Part shown: positions 36,583 through 59,940 of the stretch, piece after piece
Numbering within the stretch: position 1 is the stretch's first letter
Layout of the letters: every line of letters starts with the position of its first letter
Assembly (NCBI RefSeq): GCF_009914755.1
Contig: NC_060943.1
Direction: 5' to 3' (one strand)
Source of the DNA: the human T2T-CHM13v2.0 reference genome, Homo sapiens
DNA length: 64,000 nucleotides
The notes under the pieces: model-generated
The model's input: only the letters and a program-made list of their open reading frames with translations
Told to the model about the DNA's origin: nothing
Database searches by the model: none
Program-made: the position numbers and the translations under genes

Positions 36583-37729
36583 TGTTTTTCACTTTCACTG
36601 TGGTTGTTTGGCAACTGAATCCACTCAATATGCAATAGACAAGACAGAGATCGAGAGAAGGAGAAATGAGAAGCCCATGTGGGAGCAGAGGCTGCAATAG
36701 GAAAGGATGAAGCCTGTTTTTGTGGATCCCCCTCACTCCCCTGATGAATCCCTTCTTCAGCTACTGGTTTAGGCGACTGCTGATGAAACCCAGAAGAGGA
36801 AGACTGGGTTTGTCCGTATGAGGCCCCTCTCATCAGGCTGGAACTTGGTAACTGGCTTTCACTTATTTATTTGGAGTCTGAAAGGAATCAACAGCTCTTT
36901 TGGGACCAATGGGGCAAATGGAACCTACACAAACCAATCGCTTGCAGCAAGCCGTGTTTTATAGATCTATAAATCTATAAAACATTTACAAATGCAATGT
37001 TTTTAATATATTTATAAATATATAAATTTGGATTTTCCAAATCAGGTGAAGCTCTCCTCAGTCCCCACCTGTATAACTAAAGAAAGATGTGTGGCTATGC
37101 AAAGAAGCCAAACGTCATTACCTTCCTGTAGAATTAGGGTTTTTGTTAATAATACTTCGCAATTTCTAAGAAGTTGTTTGGGATATTACATGGGTTATTA
37201 AAATTCTGTGTACTGAGTTATTTTTCAATCATGAAGGAAAAAAAAAGTCAATCCACTGAACAAGAATTTACCAAGCAGTCATTTCAGGGAGTTCCCGTTG
37301 AACCTGTGATTCGGTAGTGCACTCCCTTGATCACAGCAGGGACGTTTAAAGAGAAAGACATTTTGGTCTGGATTAGCTCTAACGCTAGACACTGAAGTTA
37401 CAAGAAATCTGTATACTGAATGGCAAAGGCGACTTCCAGTACACTCCCCGCTGTCTGGGAAGAGGCATCCTTTGACCGTTTTAGCAAATCTGTTTATGTG
37501 TCTGTGCACGTGTGCACGTGCATGCCTGTGTCAAAATTGGGAGTGTTGCTTAGGCAGTGTAACGTTTCACAGTTGTGTGCAGCAAACAAGCTGGTTTTTA
37601 GAAACTAGCAGCCAGCGTTTCAGGGAGGAGGGAGAGCTGCCACAGGGTCCTCCCTGTGGGTTACTATGAATGCACTGTATATTGGAGAATATCTCGATCC
37701 AAACAACAGTCATTCCTGAGTGGTCCTTT

Positions 37730-38555
37730 TGTATCTGGAATTGGTTCCTTCTGGTGGGTTCTTGGTCTCGCTGACTTCAAGAATGAAGCTGCAGACCCTC
37801 GCGGTGAGTGTTATAGTTCTTAAAGAATGGTGTGTCCAGAGTTTGTTCCTTCAGATGTTCAGATGTGTCCGGAGTTTCTTTCTTCCAGTGGGTTCGTGGT
37901 CTCGCTGACTTCAGGAGTGAATCCGCAGACCTTTGCAGTGAGTGTTACAGCTCTTAAAGATGGCACGTCCGGAATTCTTTGTTCCTCCCAGTGGGTTCCT
38001 GGTCTCGCTGGCTTCAGGAGTGAAGCTGCAGACCTCTGCAGTGTTACAGCTCATAAAGGTAGTGCGGACCCAAACAGCGAGCAGCTGCAAGATTTATTCT
38101 GAACAGTGAAAGAACAAGGATTCCACAACATGGAAGGGGACCTGAGCGGGTTCCTGCTACTGACTAGGGTGGCCAGTGTTTATTCCCTTCTTTGGCCCCA
38201 CCCACATCCTGCTGATTGGTCCATTTTACAGAGTGCTGATTGGTCCATTTTACAGAGTGCTGATTGGTCCATTTTACAGAGTGCTTAGTGGTCTGTTTTT
38301 ACAGAGTGCTGATTGGTGCATTTACAAACCTTTAGCTAGACACAGAGCACTGATTGGTGCGTTTTTACAGAGTGCTGACTGGTGCATTTTTACAGAGTGC
38401 TGATTGGTGTGTTTACAAACCTTTAGCTAGAGACAGAGTGCTGATTGGTGCATTTTTACAGAGTGCTGATTGGTGCGTTTACAAACCTTTAGCTAGACAG
38501 AAAAGTTCTCCAAGTCCCTACTGGACCCAGGAAGTCCGGCTCGCTTCACCTCTCA
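37730..38555 (-). mobile_element. LTR12 (ERV9) solo LTR with tandem CCAAT repeats
   Basis: TG..CA, 4-bp TSD cttt, LTR12 motif gggttcttggtctcgctgacttcaagaatgaagc, 8 ctgattgg units. Confidence 0.9.
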
Positions 38556-40134
38556 CTTTGTTGCTCTCCTGTTTTAATTTTATTTTGAAACTCTTGGGTG
38601 CGTCAGGGTCTTGGTACTGATTTATTGTTGTTGATCCAGCCAAATTAGCCATGTAAAAATAGCACCTGTGTAAGAGACGAGCAGCATCTTGGTAGCCTGA
38701 TACTTTGGGCAGCTTGATGCTGATGGTGGTGTGTGGGAAGAGAGGGGATACCAATCACAAGATAGGAGAGGAGGGCCTGGCCCTTGGGCACCTCTGGGAA
38801 AGCGTAGGGAACACGAGGCAGCCAGCCCCTGGCAGGGGAGACTGTGTGTGCCGTGGTGCGGTGCAGGCAGCACTCATGCCGGGAATGGTCAGGATGGCAC
38901 CAGCTTATTGGATTTTTTGTTGGCATTTATGTTTGTCTCTGTACTCACCACCCAAGTGATAAAATAGGATCCTTGGTGCGGAACTTAAAATTATGCCAGA
39001 AAGCTAGCAGTTCTCCTCCTTGGGGACTTGTCTTAAACTTGCCTGGTTTGTACGTTTCTGGCCGGACACGTGAAGAAGCAATCTGTGACAAGTCTGAGGG
39101 TCTTCCTTTCAACCTGCCTCCCACGCGAAGAAAAGTCGGTGTTTCCCTTCTGGGAACTGTTGTGAATTTCTCTTTATCTGTGAACTGTTTTGGTTTTGTT
39201 TTTAATTGCTCTGTACTCCCTCTGAATCAAGGCTTCTACCACTGCCGGTGAAAACCACAAAGGGATCTGCTTGAGGCGCCATCCTGGCCAAGAGAGCAAA
39301 CCTGCAGGAGGTTTGGAAATGGACTCAGTCTCTGCAAAAGCGTGTGCACTATTAGGGGATGAACTGTGTCACAGCCAGGGGCACAAAGCTCGTGTTGTAG
39401 GTGATCCAGGAGACGTGAGTTCCCAGAGATTGTTTTGTGCATTCATTTGCACACTGTTGTCGGGGTTGGACTTGTGTTTCAGGCTTCAATGTGAGGCTCG
39501 TGATATGCATGTCCTGTTTATCAGTAAAAAAAAGTTATCAAAGTGGTTGAATCCTGTGACTTGGCAAGTATGTGAGAATCCAGTACACATGACTCTTCAA
39601 CTTCTTCCTTTAATGTCACTTTTATAGGAAATAGAAGTAACCAATATGACAGTTCTCAAAAAAATAAAACAAAATAAAAATTAGGTCCTGAGCAGGAAAA
39701 CCAAATGAAAAAAGTGGAAACAGGGCACCTGGAAATCTAAGGCTTTGCTGTGCTTTTCTGTATTTCCCAATTTTCCCAACAGTGAGCTTTGATTTTTGTG
39801 TTTTTGTTTGTTTTCTTGCTTGTTTTATAACCAGGTCAAAACAATGTAAGCAAATATAAAAATAAATAAATAATAAACTAAAGGAAACATAAAGTGAGTG
39901 CTGGGTGAGAGGTGCCTCTGTTCCCCTGATTAAGGCACCCTTTGTGCCTTGGGGCAGCTGCCTGGATTCGACCTGGACCCTCTACTTGCTGGCCTGTGTG
40001 GTGCTGAGCAGCTTACCCGGGCTCCTCTGTGACCTGGGTAGAGCCAGCCCTCTTGAGAGTCACTCTGAGGCCTGCAGAGACAGGATGGGTCCAGTTCCCA
40101 GTGCATAGCAGGTGCCAGCAGGTGTGTTGGTGTC

Positions 40135-40563
40135 AGGTGTGTTGGCTTCTTAGGGCTTCCATATCAAATTCCCACAAACTTGGTGACTTAAAGCCACAGA
40201 AATTTATTCTTTGACGTTATGAAGGCCAAATGTCCCAAGTCATGGTGTCATTGGGCTGTCTCCCTCGGAAAGTGCTGGGAAGACTCTTCCTGGCGTCTTC
40301 TAGCTTCTGGGGGCTGTGGCAGCAAAACCCCAACCTCTGCCTCCGCTGTCACGTGGCCTTCCTCCCTATGTGTGTCTTGTGTTCAATTTCCCTTATTGCA
40401 TTAGGACACCAGTCATGGCACTTAGGGCCCACCTCATACAGTATGACCTCCTAATATTAGCTTGGCTACATCTGCAAAGACTATTTCCAAATAAAGCCAC
40501 AGACATAGATACTGGGAGTTAGGACTTGAACATATCTCTCTGGGGGACAAGATTCAACCCACA
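40135..40563 (-). mobile_element. MLT1 LTR
   Basis: MLT1 motifs (cagaaatttattct, gactatttccaaataa, attcaacccacaaca). Confidence 0.75.
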
Positions 40564-40956
40564 ACAACTCCATTATCAGGATGATGAGACCCTCTGATGT
40601 TTCCTGTGTCCATCTCCAGCCCCTCCCTCTGTCCCTCCTGAGCTGCTGAATGTCATCTCCACAGGACATCCTGGATACTCTCGAAAGGCCAGCATGGGAA
40701 TCCAACCTCATTGTTCCTATCTCAGCCCTGCCCCAAATCCTAGAGAGAAATGGAAACATCTCAATACACTATCATACAAATATGTTCACAGCAGCTGTCT
40801 TGATAATTGCCACAACCAAAACAGTATCAATGAATAGGAAAAAATAAGGGAATGAATTGTGATTTGCTCATACAATGCAATGGTGTCCTACTCAGCAATA
40901 AAGAGGAAAAGATACTGACACACACAGCATGGATGAATCTCAAAACATGCAATGCG

Positions 40957-41266
<310 letters not shown>

Positions 41267-41568
41267 GCAACACTGAGTGAAAAACAAAAGACACAAGAAT
41301 ACACATTGGGTGATGCCAATTATATGAAGTTCAAGGGACATGGAAAATAATATCTGGTGATAGGAATCAGAAAGTGGTGGCTCTCAGGGCTAGGGATTGA
41401 CTGGGAAGGACACCAGGATCTTTCTGGAGTGAAGGAAAATTTCTCTATCCTTGATTGAGAAGCTGGTTACACAGGGGTGCATGTTTGGCAACACTCATGG
41501 CATGGCACATGTAAGAGCTGCGTGATTCAACTGAAAAGCTAACGCTATTTTTAAATTTCAAAGAACAA

Positions 41569-41931
41569 TGTGTTAGCCTGTTTTCACACTGCTATTAAGA
41601 AATACCTGAGACTGAGTAATTTATAAATGAAAGAGGTGTAATTGACTCACAGTTCCACATGGCGGGGGAGGCCTCAGGAAACTTACAATCATGGCGGAAG
41701 GGGAACCAGGCACATCTTACATGGTGGCAGGCAAGAGAGAAGAGCAGGGGAAACCACCACTTACAAAACCATCAGATCTCGTGATAACTCACTCACTATC
41801 AGAACAGCATGGGGGAACCACCCCCATGATCCTATCACCTCCCACCAGGTCCCTCCCCCAACACATGGGGATTATAATTCTGATTACAATTCTAGATAAG
41901 ATTTGGGTGGGGACACAGCCAAACCATATCA
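41569..41931 (-). mobile_element. THE1 LTR downstream of the SIGLEC8 stop, sense to the gene
   Basis: THE1 termini; 5-bp TSD aacaa. Confidence 0.88.
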
Positions 41932-42392
41932 AACAAACAACCTGCAATAAAAAAAAACGTTTTAAATTGGGGGTAAACAAAATAAGTACAGACCCGCCAT
42001 ACAGGTTGGGCAGGGGGTCCCGGCCTTCATCTCCTCAGTGCACCTGTCTTGTTCCTGAGACTCTAGGCCATTGCTGCTCCCTCTTTTGTAAAAGTCAATG
42101 CCCTCAAGGAATTTATTTCCTGAAAACTTATGGCTAAGGGGTGCCCAGCCTGCTGATTGCTTGACTCAGTGCTAGATGAGAGAAGAGACCTCAGAATCGG
42201 ACAGGCTTTAAATTCCAGCCCTGTCCTGAGTAGCCGAGTGGCCTTGAGAGAGACCCAGTGAGATTTCCACACCCGGATACATCGTGGAACCATCAAGGCA
42301 CAATGATTAGCACACCCATCTGTGCAAATATTTATCTGTTTTTGTGAGACCATTTAAAATCTTCTTTTAGCTCCTTGAAAATATTCAATGCA

Positions 42393-42925
<533 letters not shown>

Positions 42926-42998
42926 TTAGACAGGAGGAGGGAGCCCTGGTGACCTACTGCATAGCATGGGGCTCTAGAGGGTTCTTGTTCTATGAGAA

Positions 42999-49121
<6,123 letters not shown>

Positions 49122-50124
49122 TCAGAAAAGTGACCTCCTCAGAGGAGGAACTTCACACACAGACACTGTCAGGGCCGGGTCAGTCCTGGGAGATCCACTG
49201 TCCACCACCCCATTTCCACTCCTGGGAACCCTGAGGCCAGAGAGGGTGAGAAACTCATCCAGATTCCCACCCTATGCAGGGCCCAACCTCTTTCTTGCTT
49301 CCCGGACTTGCCCTTCCATTTGGGTAACATTTTCTGCAAGGTGAAATTGGGTCCCATCTGGCCAGACCCCTGAATCACCCCTGGGGCTGTCACTGTTTGT
49401 GGAGGTCATACCAGCCAAAGGTGGAACTCAGGGCCATGAGAGACTGGGGTGCAGGTGAGGTGAGCAGGCAGCCTCTCCTCCCTCTCTCAGCAGCAACGAA
49501 GTGGGCACCTCCTCTTTACACAACGAGGTCAACAGAGCAGAGCCAGACACTGTCCTCAAGGAGTCACTGTGCAGAGGGGAGACACGGAGGCTCCTGACGT
49601 CTGAGCTCCCCAGGACGGGAGCTTCAGTGGGGGGCACAGGCAAGGTGGGGTCGTTCTCCCCTAGGTCAGGGGTTCAGTCTCAGGAGGCCTGAGCAGAGGG
49701 ACACGGGGCTGTGGAGGTGAGGATTCTGCATGTTGATACACACGAAGGACGGGGGGCGGGGGGAAGCCTGGCTCGCAGGAGGCCTGGGAAACTGAGGCTG
49801 TAACTGTTGTACTGTGGGGTTTGGAAGGGAGAAATGTCAGAAGGGAAAGGGTCAATTTGAAAAGGGCACACACTTCTCCCTTTGTTGCAGCTATCTGGGT
49901 ATCAGAATGGGTTTCTTCACCACCCGTATCTTACTCAGCCACACTTCCCCTGGTTACTGCACAGCAGGCGGGGTCTGTCAGCCCTGGGGCTTTGCTCCTG
50001 CAGGCTCTGCTTCCAGGGGTCCAGGTGAACAGGTGTCATGGAACGAGGACACCAGCCCTGGGGTGTGCACCTTCAGCGATGGGCAGGATTTCTTGAGAGA
50101 AGAAATGTGCACCTGAATTCAACA

Positions 50125-50158
<34 letters not shown>

Positions 50159-50465
50159 ATTATTATTATTATTATTATTATTATTTGAGACGGAGTCTCT
50201 CTCTGTCGCCAGGCTGGAGTGCAGTGGCGCGATCCCGGCTCACTGCAACCTCTGACTCCCTGGTTCAAGCGATTCTCCTGCCTCAGCCTCCCAAGTAGCT
50301 AGGATTACAGGCATACGCCACCACATCCAGCTAATTTTTGTATTTTTAGTAGAGCCGGGGTTTCACCATGTCGACCAGGATGGTCTGGATCTCCTGACCT
50401 CATGATCCACCCACCTCAGCCTCCCAAAGTGCTGGGATTACAGGTGTGAGCCACCGTGCCTGGCC
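50125..50465 (-). mobile_element. Alu with (GAT)n(TAT)n tail microsatellite
   Basis: TSD tcaacagat; Alu consensus. Confidence 0.88.
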
Positions 50466-51712
50466 TCAACAGATTATTTTAAACTGTGTGGCTGGGGGCT
50501 GGGAAGAAGTTAAGGGGGATCCTGGGAGGCGGAGCCTCCTTAGACTCAGGTCAATTTTCTTGAAACATTTTTTGGGGGGTAAATATAAGAAATATAGATA
50601 AAAACAACCCCCAAAGAAGACCTCAGTGATTTACATACAACGAGCCCCCTCCTAGAAATGGCACATTGACAAAGTCCCCAGCGCTGCTCATTTGTTTCTC
50701 CTTCTTATTGGCCACACCCCACTCCCTCCCAAACGATCCCCTAGCCTCACTTTGGTGCAAATTGCCTCAATGCTTTTCTATATAGTTTTATTATCTGAGC
50801 AGGCTGCATTTACTAAGCTTTTGCACGTTTTTCTGAAGACTTTGTATACACAGAAAATCAAACTCTACTTTCTTCCACTCAGCTTCATGGATCTGCCCGT
50901 CTCCTATCTTCCCCTCATTACTTATAACCTGGAGTAGATCATTCGGCTGTGATAATTGAGAAGGGAAGGTGCAGGGCTTGGGTGTGCATAGCCGACTCCC
51001 ACCCCCATCACCAATGCTTGCATTTGTAGCTGGTATCTCATTCTGCAGCCATTTCCCCCTCCTGGGCCTCCTATCCTTGCCCAGTAGAGACAGCTGCAGT
51101 ATCTCAATAGTCAGAAGGGCCGAGCCATGGCACAGGTCTTTTCCATGGTCCCCAAGTGGTAATTGAAGCCTTCAGTGAAGACTCCTGTGCAGGCCTTGCT
51201 CTCCAGCAACTTAGCCAGGCTGGAACTACAATTCCCAGAATCCCCTTCCCTGTTTGCTTCCTGGACAAAGTTCACCACAAGGGAAGGGGGAAGTTGGAGC
51301 AGCAGCCCTGAGGGGTCCGTGTAGGGGCAGGAGCTGTTGCAGCTCTCACATATTGACGCTGACCACTGGCCCATCTCATAGGGAGACACGATAGCCGCTC
51401 ACTTGTTCACCTGCTGGACGGCAAGGAGGGCGTGTGGGACACCACGGGCTATGCCTTAGGGAGCAGAGAATCATTGAATCCTGACATGGGGATTGGTGAC
51501 CCACATGGACACAGGTGGCCCAGAGAGACACATACAGTGACAGGCAAGGGATCCATAAAATGGCATCCCAAATAGTTCTCTCATCCTAAGACGATGTCCC
51601 AGGGTCTCTTTGACCTGACAACTAGCGCCATTCACCTTTTCAGGGGAGACCCAGCTTCCCAGGGCAAAGGGAAGGACACAGCGCATCTCAGTACCCAGAA
51701 TGCCCAATGCTT

Positions 51713-51713
<1 letters not shown>

Positions 51714-51762
<49 letters not shown>

Positions 51763-51790
51763 TTGAGAGAGAGAGACAGAGAGAGAGAGA
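51714..51790. repeat. (TG)n(AG)n microsatellite
   Basis: Direct inspection. Confidence 0.92.
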
Positions 51791-51950
51791 CCCTGTGTGT
51801 GAGGGAGAGGGAGTGTCTGTGTGTACCTGTGTGTTTCTGTGTATGAGCTGAGCACTGCCTCCTTGGGCAGTGTGACAGTTAATTTGATGTGTCAGCTTCA
51901 CTGCCCTGGGAACCCCCATTCGTGTGTCCTTTCATAACCTCATTCCTTAC

Positions 51951-52419
51951 CCTTCACATGCACATAGAGCATTTCTGTAATTACATTCACATAGATCTCC
52001 CTTTTCTCCCTAAAGAGGTCTGTCCCTGCATCTCGCCTCTGTGTGTCTCTGACGTCCAGAAAGCAGGTGCTGGCCTGGGGTCTGAAGCAGGTGGAATTGG
52101 CTCTGGGTCTCCTCCTGCTCTTTTCCAACTAGATTGCTTCCAGCCACTTGAGGATCCTGATGGAAATGTCCCCTTTCTGGGACAGTAGCCTTGGACAGGG
52201 CTGGAGTCAGACAGGTACCCACAGGGGTGGAAGATGGAGCAGTGCGTAGTCACAGAAACCCTCCTGCACCTGCACCAACTCTGGGGCTTCCTGCCGGGAT
52301 CTCATATCCTGAGCCAGATCCCCTGTGGGGAAATGAGGGTCAGCCCAGCCCAGCCCCATGGTTCCTCTCCCTGAGGCCCATTCTCCTGCCCACAGCAGGG
52401 GCAGCAGCTATTGCAGCGT
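51951..52419 (-). pseudogene. CD33-like Siglec pseudogene fragment: leader exon 52386-52419 and V-set exon 51951-52322
   Basis: Leader ACG-L-Q-*-LLPLLWA with donor gt>ga; V-set pieces in three frames: HCSIFHP...SPVQGY, DPQVAGSNLVGKEQEETQSQFHLL, CFLDVRDTQRRDAGTDLFREKR; intact ccccacag acceptor and gtaagg donor. Confidence 0.88.
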
Positions 52420-53674
52420 GAGCTTCTTTAGGGTGAGCCTTGGTGTCGCAGGGCCCTAGAAGGGCCCCACAGGAAGCCTGGGGGTAAGATCAGAAAAATA
52501 ACTGACCACAAAAGAGGACCTTGGCCCCGACACTGCCAGAGCTGTCAGGGCTCCTGGGGAGTGGCCATTTCTACTCTCCGGATGGGTCTTCAGTGTGGGC
52601 CACACACAGCAGGGAGGCCCCGACCCACAGCTGCAGGCTCTCTGCCCACAGCCTTTCCCTCCCACAGCACTGTCCACACCAGGGAAGCAGGCACTGCCTG
52701 TCCATTACAGCTTCTAGGTGCTCGGGAGGGTCAGTCCTGCCAGAGCTGGGACTCAGGAGGGGCTGGCGGAGGAACCACGAGGCATGAGAGATGGGGAGGG
52801 GTCCCCCGAGGCGGGAGAGGTGATGTTTAATGAATGAGCACAATCACCACATCAGGAGCATCTCCTCCTTTCAGGGGGATGGAGGCAAAGGGGAGAGTGT
52901 GACAGACTCTGTCTCCTTCCTTGGGAAGTTCCCTAATGAACGAGGGGGCAGAGGAGCCCTGGGCCACCCCAGCTCCTGTTAGTAAGGGCTGTGATGCTTG
53001 AAACACAGGCAGGGCTTGTGGAACCCCGAGGGCCCTGTGCAGCTAGAAGGTGCGGTCTCAGGTATACTCGGGCAGAGTGGACGGGACCAGGACTCTGAGG
53101 TGCTGTGAGCATGCGGCCCCACAGGTGGTCCCCAGCCTTCCTAACCTTCTCAGTGCCCCCTGCCCAGCATGCCTGGTGGTGACTGCACAGCCGAGGCCCT
53201 GTGAGCCCAGCATGGGGAGCAAGGCTGAGCCCAAGATGCTAGGGGAGGCCCTGGCTCTGGAGTGTGAGGGTCCTGGGCCCTCTCCCTCCAAGTCTCAGTC
53301 TCCTCATCTGTCCCCTGGAGGGATCACAGCACCCACCCCTCAGCCTGAGGGAGAACCCAGCTCGAGGAGGCGACGTTCTCTGCAGACTCAGGCATGGCCA
53401 ACATGCTCTGTGTCCCTGGGCAGGCCCGAAGCATCCACGTGTCTGGCCCTAACCATTCTCAGGGGTCACTCGGAGTCCTGCCCTCAGTAAGGAGCTCCTG
53501 GTGGTCCACACTGCTCTGGGGCTTCCTCAGCTGAGGCCTCACAGAGAGAGTTCAGGGGTACAGGCTCTGTAGCTGGATGGCTGCTGGCTTGAGCTGGGCT
53601 CTGTAAAACCCACGGTGCTGTCTTGGGAGGGGGCTTACCTGCACTGTGCATCGTCGGATGTCAACACTTACGGG

Positions 53675-54479
<805 letters not shown>

Positions 54480-55254
54480 TCAGAGGATGGAAGGAGAAAA
54501 GGGAAGGGAAGGGCTCCTCACCAGAGGAAACCTGTGCTGCTGCCGCCCTGTCTCTGACATCTGCAGGGCTGCCCCCTCCACCCACACTCTCCCTCCCTCC
54601 CCAGGACCGGGCAGGGCTCTCAGCCGCAGCCCCTCGCTGCCCCTGCACCCTGGGCAGTTGCCTCCCATCTATGGGGCGGAGCCGCCTGGGCGTCTGGGCT
54701 GGGCGAGGCGGAGCCTGGAGGGGCACCGGCCACGGGCAGGGGAGACAGAGGCGGGCACAGCCTGGCGGGGTCCGGGCTGAGCCAGCGGGGAGGACGGGGC
54801 TGTGGGAGCCCAGCGGAGAGGGTGAGGATCCGCGGGCAGGTGGGACAGGTGAGCTGGGAGGTGAGAGATGGGCAGGGCTGCCTGAAAGGCAAGTTCATCC
54901 CAGAGCAGCGAGCAGGGCGCAGCCAAAGGCCGTGGGGGAAACAGCGGCGAGAAAAAAACGGCCAAAATTCTGCCCGCAGTGCGCCTGTATCCTAGTGCGG
55001 CGGCCACAAAAATATTGTTGAGTAGCAAGAAGTGTTTCGAAAGTGTGCAGTGGGTAAAGTGTGAGAAAATAAAGCCGATTTCATCGAGAAAAAGAGAGAC
55101 AGAGAGAGAAAGGGCCCATATCAACCCAAAGTCATTACTCTTCATCACGATTATATTGCATTTTTCCCATCTACTACAGCGTTAACTTCATATAAACTTT
55201 ATGAAGACATACCTTACGTATAATAAAAAGCACACATTGTAAGCATACAGTTAA

Positions 55255-55657
<403 letters not shown>

Positions 55658-55829
55658 CTTTCTTATTTTCTATCCCAGTCAGTGTTTCACTTGCAGCCAT
55701 CACTTACGTGATTCTCATCACTATCTATTAGTTTTTTCTATTCTGGAGCTTCATATAAATTGACTCACACAATATTTATGTATCTGGCTTCTATCAGTTT
55801 GTTAAAGACGTGTATACGTTAAATGTATA

Positions 55830-58665
<2,836 letters not shown>

Positions 58666-58981
58666 AACAATCCAGTAACAGCTGCATGTAGAGAGGTGCC
58701 CTCCTATCTGATCTATCTCCTAGGGAGACACTAGTTGTCAGGTTTTGTGGAACCTCTTGGACAGGAAGAGAGGACTTCCTTCAGTTGGAGGTGGGGAGGA
58801 GATAAGGGTAAGCATTTCCTCCTACTCCTCCTAGAAGCCGAAGGCATGCAGAAGGGACAGGGCTTGTGTCCTTCCTGTTCCCCTGCTCAGCCAGTCCTCC
58901 AGGATATCAAGTGTCCTCAGCTCCAGCTGTCCTGTCCCCACCACACCCTCAGGAACCCAGGCATCCTGGCCCAGCACTCAT

Positions 58982-59940
58982 AGGAGACATTGAGCTGGAT
59001 GGTTCTCTCTGCAGTCACACCAGCTCTGAGAAACTTCACCTGACAGGTCAGGTTGGTGCCATGGTCCTGGAGCCTTGAGGTGATTGTGAACGCCAAGGAA
59101 TGGGTGGTCCTGGGGCTCAGAGAAGTGGGGGCAGCTGACATCCAGGAAATGATAAGGGGGTGTCTCCTGCTTATAGGCCCAGCGCACAGATCAGGTCAGG
59201 TTTCAGAGGTGGCTGGACTCTAGGGTCTCCAGGATGAGAATGTTGGGTATATGAGTCAGGGTTAGTGAGGAGATGGGGGGCATGCAGGATCAAAAGGGTA
59301 GGTCCAAGGTGAAGCCCTGGGGGAAGCTCAGGCTCTGGTCTAGCTCCTCCCCCAAACCCCCGGCATGCTTTATGCCCAACTCCCTCCCAGGACAGGGACC
59401 CCATCCCAGCCCTACCCTGCCCTGCAGCCCCTTTGACTTTCCCCTGTGGTCAGTCCTGGAGCTGGTTTCTTACCAGTCACACACAAAGAGAACTGGGGAG
59501 ATTATAACCTGTATTTGGTACTTCCTCTCTCCACCTGAAAGAAATGTGAACCATTGTTCACCTCCTTCTGGCATCTATGATACTCTGGGAGCAGTTGTTC
59601 CTCTGGGGATTCCTGAAGAGGCAGAAAAGGCCCAGGGTCTCCTCCTTCATTTTTCAATTTGGGTTGTTTGTGGGCTCTGAAGTGTCCCAGAATTCCTTGC
59701 CTCCTTCCCGGAACCAGTAGTCATGAACAGAGTTATTCGTGTAGTAGGGTGGAGATAGGAGAATGAGCAAGGCATGAGGGTGCACAGACACTCCTGTACA
59801 GTCACAGACTCCTGCACTTCCAGCTAGAAAACTGCATCCTGAGCCAGGGCTCCAGTGGAGAAACGAGGGTCAGCTCAGTTCAGCCCCAGAGTCCCTCTCC
59901 CCATGGCCCACTCACCTATCCACTGCAGGGGCAGCAGCGT
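58982..59940 (-). pseudogene. CD33-like Siglec pseudogene (may be the annotated SIGLEC25P, unconfirmed): leader 59916-59940, V-set 59474-59852, C2-set 58982-59261
   Basis: ACG-LLPLQWI leader; V-set GALAQDAVF*LEVQESVTVQE...NNGSHFFQVERG; C2 LTHIPNILILETLESSHL*NLT...[13 protein letters not shown]...TIQLNVS; stops and three broken splice sites. Confidence 0.92.

Noticed and set aside
38212-38490. Regularly spaced ~24-nt repeats resembling a CRISPR array
   Set aside because: Tandem CCAAT units of LTR12 with no unique spacers, in human DNA.
49660-49811. Acceptor followed by YSLSFPGL, reminiscent of YATLNFPGV
   Set aside because: No YxxL register and too short a similarity to exclude chance.
53375-53545. 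Possible decayed ITIM exon on - (QELL…ESAEN)
   Set aside because: Motif spacing is ~105 nt versus ~72 nt in SIGLEC8 and the tyrosines are missing.
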